Below are positions 1 through 14,199 of a DNA stretch of 64,000 nucleotides, in pieces. Origin of the DNA: Eledone cirrhosa. Its lineage: Eukaryota. A program made the translations under genes and the position numbers. Within the stretch, counting starts at the first letter, position 1, and every line of letters begins with the position of its first letter. The notes below the pieces were generated by a model, which was not told where the DNA came from, searched no databases, and saw only the letters and a program-made list of their open reading frames with translations. The DNA lies in assembly GCA_964016885.1 (NCBI GenBank), contig OZ024741.1:217248001-217312000 (forward strand). Direction: 5' to 3'.

Positions 1-3000
1 TCTCCCTCCCATCCTCTGAGGCAATGTCTTCTCCATCCTGACCACCAGGACCACAAGGCCTTTAACCTGCATTCATAAACCTGAAGACAGTTACACCAAT
101 GTTGTTTAAACAGAGTCAAATGAGAAAACTGAAGTTCATAAAAACTTTAACCCCCCCCCCCCCCCCCCCCCCCAAACTACCCACCCATCGATAAAAAAAA
201 AAAAAATCTTAATAACATTAGTTGTTTGAATCCTATCAAATGTAAATATTCTATGGAGGCACGTGGCCTAGTGGTAAGGGTGTTGGACTTGATCATAAGT
301 CTTGGGTTTGATTCCTTGACTGGGTTGTTTATTGTTCTTGAGCAAATCACTTCATTTCACGTTGCTCCAGTATACTCAGTAACAGTTTAACCTCGCGATG
401 GACTCGCGACATGTCAAGGGAGGAGTCTTGTACTCTCAGTCACTTCACGATACGAAACCGAGATAAGCACTGGGAGGATTGTGGAGGTAGAGTCCTCAAG
501 CACACCTTTCAGCAAGTCCTGTCAGAAGCAACTATCTCCAATTGATGTTAAGGTATTGTTCTATTTTGAGAACAATACCTTAACATCAGTATGAGTGGCC
601 AGTTACAACCGGTTTGAACAGAAAGAGGTGAGAGAATTCTGGCCAGATACGGCCGGTTTAAAGAATTTCTCCTTTAAAATATACTTACAAGATCTCCATA
701 CTCATTCATTGCCAGAGTAAAGTGAAATTTCTGTTCTTTAACTGCTGCATTATGTGACAACACATACATGTAGTTCTTTTCCCAGACGATACGTCTACAA
801 ATACAAAAATTCAAATAAGTGTGTGTCCCAACGCAAATGACCATAATAATAGCTGGTCACTATAAAATATAATTTCTAATTTTGGGTACAAGGCATAAAG
901 TACACTGTGGTGGTTGGGTGAGATAGTACAGTGGTAGAGTGAGATAGAGTACACTGTTGTAGTGAGAAAGAGAGAGTACATTGGTGGCAGAGTATAATAT
1001 GGTAAGGAGAGTAGAAAGGAGTACACACTGTGACAGAATTACACACTATTTTAGGAGTACACACTGACAGTAGTACACTCAGAGTTGTACACACTATTTT
1101 AGAGTACACAGACAGTGGTACACAGTATTTTAGGAGTACACAGACAGTGGTACACACTATTTTAGAGTACGCAGACAGTGGTACACACTATGGTAAGATT
1201 TTTCATTGAACCTGCAACTCGATGGAAACGTAGGGACATACAGTATTTCTAGGGCATAATTTTCTTTAAAACCTGGCAGAGTCCATCTCTTCTCCAAGTC
1301 TGAACATAGCCCCAGTTTCTTCCAGAGAAGGAGAGAGAAGTGAGAAGGAGAGAAGAAGTGAGAAGGAGAGAAGAAGTGAGAAAGAGAGTGAAGTGAGAAA
1401 GAGAGTGAAGTGAGAAAGAGAGTGAAGTGAGAAAGAAAAGCAAAGTTGAATTTGGTGGAATTTGAACTCAGAATACAGCAAGCTGGAACGAATACCACAA
1501 AGTATTCTATCCAATGTTCTAATCACTCTGCCAATTTGATACAAACATTTATTGAAATCAACAGTAAATATATAAAATTTAATAGAAGAAGGAAAAAAAA
1601 TAATGGAATGCAAGATAAGTAAATATTAAAAAAAACATAAAAGGGAAAGCCAAGGCCTCTAGTGTCACAGAAGAATAGGGAAGGGAGATGGTGATTGGGC
1701 TCTGGGGCTAGGGCGCGGTTGTAATGGGGCATGCCCCGGGGACTATGGCCAGCGGATATATATCTGCTACCTAGATGACAAAAGTAGACAAATGGAAAAT
1801 ATTTACCTGAAATATTCCTCAGGTTCTTTCTGGTATACTTTATTAAATGAGTTTTTAAATATGCCCCATTCATCGTCTAAATATGAATTTGTTTCAAATG
1901 GTAACGCTGCACAGGCAGCTACTAGAAGGACAGCCAGGAAAGCATACATTCTGCTGGAGAAAAATAAAAACAAATATAACATATATCACTGAGGGTTATA
2001 TAGTATATATCACTGAGGGTTATATCATGGTTATATAGTATATATCTCATAACGTGACAACCCGTCTAACCTATGCAAGCTTGGGAATGGGCATTAAACG
2101 ATGATGATAAGATATAATATAGGCCCTAATATGTCAAATATCAACAGATATACACAATATAAGCTATAATAACCATCTTTCCAACAACAACCCTGAGCAC
2201 CTTTTTGAATTTCATATGTAACACCCTTGGACTTGCTTACAAAGTCAGAAAACAGCACAGCTCCCATGGCTTTCGTAAACATTTTTTTATGCTCAGAGTT
2301 GCTGAAGCATGGAACAAACTACTTGCATCAGTTGTTAGCTGTCAGGACACTGCATCCGTCATAACCTCCATGCTTCCCCCTCCATACACATGCACGCATG
2401 AGTGTGTGGGTGTGTGTCTGTCATGACTCATACACTGTTCAGTTTCCTGACATTTGTACATTATTCTATGTACTATAATTGCACCTTTGATGAACTGTAG
2501 TGCACCCAGAGGCATAACAAGGGAAAATAACACCTATGGCAAGCAGTGAAATTGTGCCCCTGCCCAGCACTGTATTTTTACCTATGGAGGCCTAATAATT
2601 TATATAAATGGTTTAATGATCCAGCCATCATAGTGTTCTCACCCATGATAATCAGAGAGAGATCATACATCTGAAGGAGTTTCTTTTTTCACTCTCCGAC
2701 GTGGCTTATTTGACTTTAACAGAAGTGGCGCCCATGGCATGTACCATGCTTGCCATATCCTAGTTACACCTCTGAGTACACCTGAGTACTGTACTCAATA
2801 ATTTTTATTATCATCAATATGCCACACCAGTCACAACAAGCAGCAATAAAATGAACAGGTAGACACAATGTAGGTTATAATATAATGTCCAGCTGTGAGA
2901 GACAATGAAACATCTGCAGTGTTTGCTGAAGAGGTGAGATCAATGGGTCATCTCATTGGTCATACATATAGATACTCACACACACACACCTATGTATCTG

Positions 3001-3973
3001 TCCATCTGAATATATATATACATATATGTATACACACACAAACGAATATATATCTATATATCTGTCTATCTATCTATCTATCTATCTATACTTTTTAAAT
3101 TCCATCTGTGATAACATTTTACACGTTTTTATTGTATGTAAACTTCCCCCTTTGTATTTGTCCCCTTCTTTTGTGCCCCTGTGGCTAATAAAAAAATATA
3201 TCTATCTATCTATACACACACACATACACATGCACATATGTATATATAAATATATTTTTCACACACACACACATTATATATATATACATGGTGGCTGCCA
3301 ACTCGTTTTCGAGTATGGCCACTACTTTATATCCATGTCGGAGAACCCCTACCGATACGCTGAACAAGTGTGACATTTTAGTCCAGCCAGCGACTTGAAA
3401 ACTCTGGTACAAACACTACACTTGTGACAATTATTGACACATAGTGCTGGACCCATGGTACCATGTAATGACAAGTGCAGAGAGATCTCCAGATATAAGG
3501 CAATGCCTGTGCCGTGAAGCTTTTATAGTGAGCAAAGGCACTGCACAAAGCCAGTTCCTCTCTCTTAACCAAGATGATATTTACCAAAAAGAAGAACAAG
3601 TCAACATCATTGGATACCATCAGGGTTGCAGGTGTTATATCAGAGTTTTCCTTCTCCTAGAATTCTGCCTTGACAAAGGCTAAGGGGTCATCTCTTCCAT
3701 ACACATACATACATACACACATATATATAAGTATATATAGATATGAGAAAGACAAAAGGCAGCCTAAGAGATTAACACCCCAGATTAATTAATAGTGAGG
3801 ATTAACACATCAACATTAACACCTGAAATACAATTAAAGTATAAATAGAAATATCAACAGGTGAGACTTAAATATACAATGGAAGAGATATATATATATA
3901 TATATTATTTTCTATAAAACCTAACTCATGCTAGCTTGAAAAATGGACATGAAACAGTGATGATGATAATATA

Positions 3974-4186
3974 CAGGGTGACCACAAAAACACTCCAAGG
4001 TTGATTATCGCATTGCTGTTTGCCGAGCAACAAAAGGTGCAGACATCGAGTGTCTATGATGTCAACCAATACCACATGAAACTTTGTTAGTTTATGTAAC
4101 TGTAGCCACCAATATTGTAAGAATATTCATTTAAGTTTTCATATTATAAGTATTTGAAATCAAGGAGTGTTTTTGTGGTCACCCTG
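3974..4186. mobile_element. Tc1/mariner-type MITE
   Basis: TIR cagggtgaccacaaaaacactcc / ggagtgtttttgtggtcaccctg with TA on both sides. Confidence 0.8.
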
Positions 4187-5613
4187 TATAGTCCAGGGTA
4201 GTACTCTATCTATTCTCGGATCCCAAATAATAGAGTGTGGGTGGAATAAGCAAGGCGTGGAAAATCGGTAATTTTTCTAGGTTGTTTCCATTGATATTAT
4301 TAAAAATTAGAATTAGTTGTTTAGTTTACATATTAAGACCCCAATCCATCCTATTTATTTTATAACGTATGGGATTTCTAGTAATATACTTTTTTTGTCA
4401 TATATAATGTGTTTTAATGTCTAAAGAAAATGAATTGTCACCGGAATGCTACCACTTAAAATAAAATTTCTCCAGAGATAGATAAGCAAAATTTAATAAG
4501 CAGATGGGTTGGAAAAAATCTGAAAAATTAATAAGAGGGGATGATTATTCAAGACCTGAGAGTATGGGAAGAAGCAGATTGAGTATAAAGGAAGGTATGA
4601 ACTCGACAGCAACACCTAGCTGTTTTGGTTTGTATTCTGCAATCCTTTTGAAGGTGTACGCCTTTGAAAAGACTTGCTGAATACAAGTTGAAATCACAAG
4701 TCATTGTGGTCAGGTTTGTATCTTCCTTTATATATATATATTATACATAATATGTATATAATTTTTTCCATACGAAATGTGTGTAAAAGACAGATAAATA
4801 TTACCACAGTAACTAACTTCATAACAAGTGATGCTTTCTTTCTGCAACCCTTGATGTTGGCTTGCATATTCATCAACTACATACATGTATATAAATATAT
4901 ATATATGAAAAAAATGAGATCGGATCTAGCTGTTTAAACAGCCAGAGCTCAGCCATTGAGGTCCTGAATTTTCATATTTCCCACTATTATCCCAAGTATT
5001 GAGTACTCTGGTGAGTTATAGTCTAACTGGTTTTTACCACCTCCAATCTGATATATATGTATATATATAATTGATAAATGAAAAAACAAAAACAGGAGGC
5101 AATTTTTAGTTATATTAGGTTCACACACAAAGAAAAAATATACCATGAAATTCATTGTGAAAAGAGCTTTCGGAAATGTGTTGAAATACAATTGTCAATA
5201 GTTGGAAGAAAGCTAATATCCTCCATCGGAAAAATATACTTTAAACTCAAGTGTTTAGAGTTATTAAGTAGCACTTATTTTTCAACTAAATTATAAGAGT
5301 CACATGAATGGTTGTGTAGTTGCCTATACAATCATGTGATTCCATGTTTACTCCCATTATGCTGCACTTTGGACACGTGATTTCTATAGCCAGGAGTTGA
5401 TAAATGCTTTGTTAGTGGAATTTAGTAAACCATAAACTGTACAAGCCCATTGTGTATGTGTGTGTGTATATATAAAGATATATATACAACTAGATCTACC
5501 AACTCATAATATTATAATATAAAATTAAATCAAATTATCTAGAACTACAAGTGAAGTCATTCTTTTCCTTTTTTTTCAAATATACCTAACTGTACGAAGG
5601 ATCTCACACATTT

Positions 5614-5649
<36 letters not shown>

Positions 5650-5785
5650 TTATCGTTTAACGGCTATTTACCACGCTAGTATGGTTTAGACAGGTTGTTT
5701 CATTTGAGACTAGTTGGGTAAGGAGACTGTGTCTTGCTCATACAGAACTGCTTCTGACTTGGCTTCTATGGCTGAATGCCAACCA

Positions 5786-6200
5786 CATTTACAGTGTATA
5801 CTGGGTGCTTTTTGTTGTGACACTTACACAACCACTTTGCAGTGTCGACTGGGAGTTTTTGTTGTGACACCGACATGACCACTTTAGTGTCGACTGGGAG
5901 TTTTTGTCATGACACCGACATGGCCACTTTACAGTATTGACTGGGAGTTTGTCGTGACACCGACATGGCCACTTTACAGTGTTGACTGGGAGTTTGTCGT
6001 GACACCGACATGGCGACTTTACAGTGTTGACTGGGAATTTTTGTCGTGACACCGACATGGCCACTTTACAGTGTTGACTGGGAGTTATTGTCATGACACC
6101 GACATGGCCACTTTACAGTATTGACTGGGAGTTTTTGTCGTGACACCGACATGGCCACTTTACAGTATTGACTGGGAGTTTTTGTCGTGACACCGACATG
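5786..6200. repeat. ~46-47-bp minisatellite derived from the RTE 3' UTR
   Basis: ~9 copies of acagtgttgactgggagtttttgtcgtgacaccgacatggccacttt. Confidence 0.85.
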
Positions 6201-8068
6201 TTCAAACCTGGAGAGGGATGGGCTCTGAGATTTTAATGTCATTGTTTATTTTGAGAATGATATCTTAATGTCAGTATGAGCAGCTAATTATGGCCAGTTT
6301 AAATGCCGTGTTAATCTTTAATGCGCTGTCAATGACACAAGGCACCATAGAGTAATTTCCCCTTAATAGATTATGTAGTGTCAAGGGGAAACAACTCATA
6401 AAAATTACTAGCGTGTTTAAGATTAAACTGGGCAAATAAGGTTATATGCCTTTAAGACAATACATCTGTGGCTACATATTCTAGAGAGGGTTGTGGGGGT
6501 AGAGTCCTCAAGCACACCTTCCAGCAGGTCCTGTCAGAAGCAACCATCTCCAATTGATCCAGCTGGATCCCCAAGCGAGGCCAACCAAGCTCATGGAGGT
6601 TATCCAGCCATCTTGCTCAGGGTCTACCCCTGGGTCACCCACCGGTTGGTTTTTGCACCAACTTCAGCATTTGGTCATCAGAAGCAAGGAGGTAGGTGTA
6701 AAAGCCAAACTCACTATCTTCAATTCGGTATTTGTACCAACCATTGGTCATGAATCTTGGGACAATATATATACTTGTAAAATGTAATTGATGAAGAATA
6801 CAAACATTATGAATGTGTTGTCACAGTTGTCTTAAATCCCAAGTATGTTCAGTTCAAACACTGCTACCCCAGAAAATATGGTAAATATATACATCTACAG
6901 CAGTCTCGTCTTCAATGGGAACTCCCCTCTCACCCGTGTGTTTTAAACAAATCTGATCTCCAAACCCACCGAGCGTGGGGGTTCGAGCTTTTAACGAATT
7001 TGATCTCCAAACCCGCCGAGGATGGGTGTTCATGCTTTCAACGAATCTGACCCCAAAACCAGTCAGAAAACCGTTTTTTTTTTCTTTTAGAAAATGGGGA
7101 GGGAGAGAATGTGTTAAATGTTAAAACTATGGTGATATTCTTTAAACATTTACTGTCCAATTCACATTGCAGTAGCTTGCACACAAAACTATTTTCTATA
7201 CTTCACACAATGCTTCAAGCATAATACCCACACATAATAGTCACTATAATACCCACAAACATAATAGTCACACACACATATGTAGCATCCCAATGAAAAT
7301 ACAGAGGTGACTACTGTAAAAAAAAGTACTCAATACGTTAATAGAGTATAGGTATATTCATTTTATTATAGAAATAACTTCTACAGGACTAGTAGAGTCT
7401 GGTTATATTATATTATATGATAATATATATATAATGTAGACATCCCAAACAGAAAATAATTGTAACCGCATTTGATTGCTATAAATAATTGTTTCTACTT
7501 TTGGCACAAGGCCAGCAATTACTCAGTGCATTACTGGTACTTTATTTTATCGACCCCGTAAGGATGAAAGGCAAAGTAAACCTCGGCGGGATTTGAACTC
7601 AGAATGGCAAGGACCGTAACTATGCGTCAAAGCATGGCGTCCGACCCTCTACCAATACTGCCAATCTATTGTTATAAATAATTGTTTCTACTTTAGGCAC
7701 AAGGCCAGCAATTACTCAGTGCATTACTGGTACTCTATTGCTATAAATAATAGCTTAGAAACAGAAAAAGTGGCCAGCAGTAGTGATAAACTACACAGTT
7801 AAGTACATAGAATGTGTGTGTATATATATATATATATATATAAGCTTTTATATGCGATTGGTGGTATATCGCTATCATACGTACATAGAAAGTTATTAAC
7901 GTTTGGAATCTCATAAAGAATTTTTAAACATCCTGTGTATGTATATATATAAATTAAAGTATAGAAATTGTTGTGAGCGTGAAGCCAACAAGTGACTATA
8001 ACGTCAAAATGGAAAAAATAGTTAACGTAAGATGTGGGAAAATAATTCAAACAAAATATTCTTTACAT

Positions 8069-8109
<41 letters not shown>

Positions 8110-8117
<8 letters not shown>

Positions 8118-8303
8118 TAACCTATAAATAGTGTGTATGTATGTAAAGAATATTTATATATATATATATGATGGATGTGCATGTATGTAAAGAATATTTT
8201 ATATATATATATATATATAAAATATTCTTTACATACATGCACATCCATCATATATATATATATATAAATATTCTTTACATACATACACACTATTTATAGG
8301 TTA

Positions 8304-8310
<7 letters not shown>
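8110..8310. repeat. Palindrome centred on a (TA)n tract
   Basis: aaaagattaacctataaatagt... is mirrored as ...actatttataggttaatctttt. Confidence 0.75.
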
Positions 8311-8385
<75 letters not shown>

Positions 8386-8689
8386 GGAATACTGTTAGCT
8401 TCTCGCTACAACAATTTCTATACTTTTCATTTATATATATATATATATATATCCCTATTCCTTATACTAGAAATCTCGGTCAAAATGGCTTGGTCGTCTA
8501 GCTGGCTTATCAGTTCTACTTGTTGGGTGACTATAAAATACAGCTCACAGTAGAATAAGAAATTTAACATTTTTTTTTATAAATATCGTTGGCAGTTTGG
8601 TTATTCGAACATAATGACTATAAATACAAAACCAGCAGAGACACATAGACATACTTTTGAAAATAACAGACAGTCACACTTCTTCACAC

Positions 8690-8737
<48 letters not shown>

Positions 8738-8840
8738 TTCTCTCTCTCTATAAATATATATATATATATATATATATACATACACCCCCCCTCTCTCTCT
8801 CATATATACACACGTACATATACTCTATACACACACACAC

Positions 8841-8892
<52 letters not shown>

Positions 8893-9242
8893 AATGCATT
8901 TATATATCACAGTTTGATTATATATGTGAATAATTGTTTCTACTTTAGGCACAAGGCCAGCAATTACCCAGTGCATTACTGGTACTTTATTTTATCGACC
9001 CCGTAGGAGCTTGAGCATGTTTTTAAAATACATCGTTTGTTCCTGTATATTGAAATATGCGTTCATATTTACATATATATATATATATAAGCAGTTTCGT
9101 CCAGAAATAGCCGTCGTAACGGCATGAACTCTGCCGTCAGGGTCATACATTTTCCTATTACCCACTCTACTACCCTAAGTATTGAGTACTCTGGTGCGTT
9201 ATGGTCCATCTGGTTCCTTACAACTCCGTTATATATATATAT

Positions 9243-9572
9243 ATATAAATTAATAAAATAATGAATAAACAAAGAAACAGTTCCTTATATTAAAAAAATT
9301 CATCATTTTACGATCGTTTCTAGGATATATGTGTTAGTGTTGGTATGCATATTCTATAGATCTATGTAAAATATTTATACAAACTATCAGAGGGAATATA
9401 CATACCTAGGTATGTTTATTCCCTCTGATAGTTTGTATAAATATTTTACATAGATCTATAGAATATGCATACCAGCACTAACTCATATATATCCTAGAAA
9501 CGATCGTAAAATGATGAATTTTTTTAATATAAGGAACTGTTTCTTTGTTTATTCATTATTTTATTAATTTAT
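9243..9572. repeat. Near-perfect ~330-bp palindrome
   Basis: ~165-bp arms centred on cctagg (9405-9410) with few mismatches. Confidence 0.85.
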
Positions 9573-9996
9573 CTTGACTCCGTTTTCCGTTAATTTTCAC
9601 CGAAAATAGTTTTTGAATGCATCTTCTCTTTTCATGATATCCGGATTACATTGAGTTTCTTCATACGGATTGGACACTACCGTAAATTTTTGGTAGATTT
9701 ATCTACATATATATATAAGAAATATTTTATAATTTTATAAGGATTTCCTTTCTATATGTGTACACTTTGTATGTTTACATATACTTTTGTCTTTCACGTG
9801 TGTTTACTCATGTATGTGTATATATGTATAGTGTCTCTCTCTCTATATGTATATATATGCAGATATAAATATCTGTAATCAAGAAACCACTGGTAAATGA
9901 ATTAATTATCTTATGTTTATTACATAACAAATATATATGTATATATAAATAAAATAACAGGAGGCTAGACTGGTGTAAATCCTTGAAAGGTTTATT

Positions 9997-10054
9997 ATAC
10001 TATGATCATTTCAATGACCGGGTTCCATATGAATCCGGTGATATCATCAGGTAT
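9997..10054 (-). ncRNA. Minimal type I hammerhead ribozyme motif
   Basis: Minus strand reads atac-CTGATGA-stem II (accgg/ccggt core)-GAAA-TGATCA palindrome-TA-gtat. Confidence 0.7.
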
Positions 10055-11153
10055 TCGAAATATAACAAAGGAATATGTAAAAACCATGGGTCCGAAAAAT
10101 CAGAGACAGAGAGGACGACTGACCAACTAGCTGCTCTCACCTCGGCCAGTCGCCCTCAAAGTGAGGGCTACTCGGTCTGCTAATGACCATCTGGTGAGGG
10201 GGAGAAGGCTTATAATGTACTACCACTTCTCCGTCAAAGAATTAAAAAAAGGGAAGAAAGAAAGAAGAAAAAAGTAAGAAGTCAGCGTAAGGGTCACACT
10301 ACAGTCATGCTAGAAAACGCCGCGAAAAAAGTTATTCCAAAGAACCTATATCTTAACAGAGGCATATATAATGGGTGTCTAGAGTATTGTCTAACGTGTG
10401 AACAGAAAATTGGAACGTTAAACTTATGTTACGAGTTATAAGATGAAATTAAATTAAAAAATAATAAATTGAAAAATAAATTTAAAAAATTAAAAAATTA
10501 TTAGAAAATTAAAAGCTAAGGTAGCGAGATTTATTTAATGAACTTACAGAGAGAGTCTTATATGAAAAAGTTAATCTCGATAAGATATCAGGGTGGGATA
10601 TAGAGTAAAGATTAAAGCCTTCGATTGAGAATCGCAGCCAGCACCTCCTAAACACGTGTCAGCCAGTTTCGAGTGGTATCGTCCAGCGAAAGAAATGGAA
10701 ATTAATATTTCCGAGTACTCTAGGAATGTAGCTACCATAGGCCCCGAGTGTGCTAGCGGGAAGTCTACAATTTCGACAGGCCATCGTCTATACCAAACGA
10801 ATACTATTAATTCACACATGAGGGGTTTATTTACGTGCCAGTAGAAGCATGATACAACTAACAGTTATGTCTAAGCCTGGAGTTTATAGATATAAGTATA
10901 ATATGGCGGTCAAAACAGGCGGCGCGGCGGAGCCGGGGCCAAGCCACCCACTCCGAGTAATTTCGTTTACCGAAAGAGGGGAAATTTATTTTTCCAAGCA
11001 CTCAAGGAAGGCTGAACTTTCCCGAGCACCCGGCGCACAGCCATCACTTTGAGGGCGACTGGCCGAGGTGAGAGCAGCTAGTTGGTTAGTAGTCCTCTCT
11101 GTCTCTGATTTTTCGGACCCATGGTTTTTACATATTCCTTTGTTATATTTCGA

Positions 11154-11211
11154 ATACCTGATGATATCACTGGATTCATATGGAACCCGGTCATTGAAAT
11201 GATCATAGTAT
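11154..11211 (+). ncRNA. Minimal type I hammerhead ribozyme motif (inverted copy of 9997-10054)
   Basis: atac CTGATGA tatcactggattcatatggaacccggtcatt GAAA tgatca TA gtat. Confidence 0.7.
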
Positions 11212-11550
11212 AATAAACCTTTCAAGGATTTACACCAGTCCAGCCTCCTGTTATTTTATTTATAATTAACTCCGTATTCGACCCACCAACTACACAAACG
11301 AAGACGGGTGAACTGCACTACGTTGAGTACTCTCCACAATATTACACCAAGATTGACCATACGGAATTACCAATTCTATCCAGTGGTGAACCAACAAACC
11401 TAAAGATATATATATATATATATATAGAAGTGGTACACAACAGTTAGTTCACCACACCGAGAACAATTGTTTCACCTCAGTGGATCACAGTTCGTAAATA
11501 TATATATTTGACTTTTGTCAAATCGGAATATCTTATGTTGTTTATTACAT

Positions 11551-11603
<53 letters not shown>

Positions 11604-11772
11604 TCAAATCGGACCGCGGAAACAATGTCTCCGTTGGTCTTTCCAGTTGCTACTCCAGGTAGAAGGAACAGCGTGAAATAAAGTGTCTTGCTCAAGGACA
11701 TAACGCATCGCCCAGTCCAGGAATCGAACTCACAACCTCAAGATCGTGAATCCAATTCTTTAACCAGTCAGC

Positions 11773-11840
<68 letters not shown>

Positions 11841-11937
11841 CACACACATATACATATACACACACACATATACATATACACACACACATATACATATACA
11901 CACACATATACATATACACACACATATACATATATAC

Positions 11938-12002
<65 letters not shown>

Positions 12003-12605
12003 CAGACACACATATATACACACGCACACATATATGTACGTGTATATAACATTCTAGTTGGTAGTTCTACACTGATGGCATCATCGGTTATAAATAAATC
12101 TTTTTCCTATTTCAAACAAAGAAATAACCAGCCAAACACACACTCGTATACATAATTATAGACATATAGTCTTAAACACTCATACATAGACATACACAAG
12201 GCCAGCAAATTGGGGGGGGGGGGGAGAGAAAGTCGGTTAAATCGAATCCCAAGTGCATTACTGGTGTTTTATTTTATACAGACACATAGTAGCTGTTTAT
12301 ATTTAAAAAAGAAATTAAAATCAAGATAATTAAGTCGCCACCACCATCACCGTCACCATATCATTCTGACCTTTCACTAAAGTACATTAATTACAACGGA
12401 TAGATAAAGCTATGTTATTATTACCATAATAGTTGTTATTGTAACTAGCTGGACTGATCAATAATTATTTTATCGATTCCGGAAGATCGAATGGCAGAAT
12501 TTTAATCTCAGAATTTCCATAAATAGCAAAACTGAATCAAATTAGATTTAGTTCTTTATATACTATAGAAATTGTAGAAGCTTAACTGTAGGGTAGAAAA
12601 TCCTC

Positions 12606-12645
<40 letters not shown>

Positions 12646-12895
12646 GTTCTACTTTAGGCACAAGGCCAGCATTACTGGTACTTTTATTTTATCGACCCCG
12701 TAATATAATATATATATATATATAAATCAAGACGGATTCAGTTTGAAATTAGTCAGACCATTACTCAACAAAGTACTCGATACTTGGAGTAGTAGAGTAT
12801 GGTTATATTATAAAGAATCGGGACCCCGACGGCTGAGCTCTTGCCGTTTCAACAGCTAGTTCCAGACTTTATAATATATATATATATATATACTG

Positions 12896-12960
12896 TATTT
12901 TGTCTGATGAAGGCATACCATGATTTAACTTGGTATCCTTGAAATATATATAATGAAATA
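12896..12960 (+). ncRNA. Minimal type I hammerhead ribozyme motif
   Basis: tattttgt CTGATGA aggcatacca..tggtatcctt GAAA tatata TA atgaaata. Stem I is 8 bp with two G-U pairs; stem II is ~10 bp with one mismatch. Confidence 0.65.
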
Positions 12961-13628
12961 AATATGGTTTTATAAATATAGTTTCCATTTATTAATATTG
13001 TATATCTACTCCAAGTATTTGTCGAGTGCTTTATATCAGTTATAATATTTGCTTGATGTATCCCAACAATTTAAATATAACTTTTGCATATATATATATA
13101 TATATAATATATATATATATAATCTGTGTGAGTGTATAATGTGTATGTGATCGCAAGAGTGATTAGAAATAGCAGCTCTATTTCGCCTCATATCATACTG
13201 TAGTTCTAATGGAAAGAAAAAATACGATGGAGAGATACATTAGACAATGAAGTCCTAGATAAACTGCATGATAGAAAAAACAAAAACAACCATGATGGTG
13301 ACGGTAGAAAGGTCTTTGATCCAAGGCCTGCTAGAAGAGATGTCTCTCCGATGAGGGGTAAAAAAACATCAACACACCAGCATTAACAAAATAAGTTTCG
13401 TAAAAATCAACAACGTGTGTTGGTTTCTGTGTGTGTATGTATATATATATAATGTGTGTGTGTGTTACATTCTGTTGCTACTCTGGGTTTCCCTAACGAT
13501 CGCTATATATAATCATTATATATTATCATTTAGGATAATTGCTGGCATGTGCCAAAAGTAGAAATAATTATATATATATATATATAGTTTTGCGAGGTTT
13601 TTTTATATGAAATCGCGTGTCGAAACAA

Positions 13629-13780
13629 ATATTGTTATACTTGGGGAGGGTCATATTTGTGTAATATTGCCAGAATTAATAACAGAACACACTCACGAAA
13701 ACCAACCAAACAGTGAGTGTGTTCTGTTATTGATTCTGGCAATATTACACAAATATGACCCTCCCCAAGTATAACAATAT
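13629..13780. repeat. Fold-back with ~70-bp arms
   Basis: atattgttatacttggggagggtcat... and its reverse complement; the terminus is shared with 42509-42990. Confidence 0.8.
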
Positions 13781-14199
13781 ATATATATATATATATATAA
13801 AAACAATATTCGTAAAATCTCTCTATATATATATATTAACAGGAGAAAATTCGTCAATATATATATATATACACATATATATAAAGATGTTAAAGTACTT
13901 ACTTGAAATAAGTAAATTTTCTGTTAGCAATAAAATGATCTTAATACAATTTCGTATTTAAATCGACAACAGATTTTACAAACTCTGTCTGAGTATACAC
14001 TGGTGCAAGCTGGCGAGGAATGAGATAGTGAGTGGATACTGGGTATATATTTATATATATCTAGTGTATATACAGTGTATATAGTCTAACAAGTCATGTG
14101 AGCAGTGTGTATAGACTCGTGATTAATTACGTCATCTAAACACATGACTGTGACCTCTCTAAAACATGTGCTCTCTCTACTAAACCATAGAAGGAAAAT

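Larger units (their letters stand above)
9944..11264. mobile_element. Fold-back element with ~220-bp inverted arms carrying hammerheads (Penelope-like remnant)
   Basis: 9944-10164 is the near-exact reverse complement of 11044-11264, with a ~880-bp spacer. Confidence 0.7.

Noticed and set aside
9983-11225. Duplicated 66-79-aa ORFs (MKGLLYYDHF...)
   Set aside because: They start at TTG, are the antisense reading of the hammerhead-containing inverted arms, and have no recognisable protein features.
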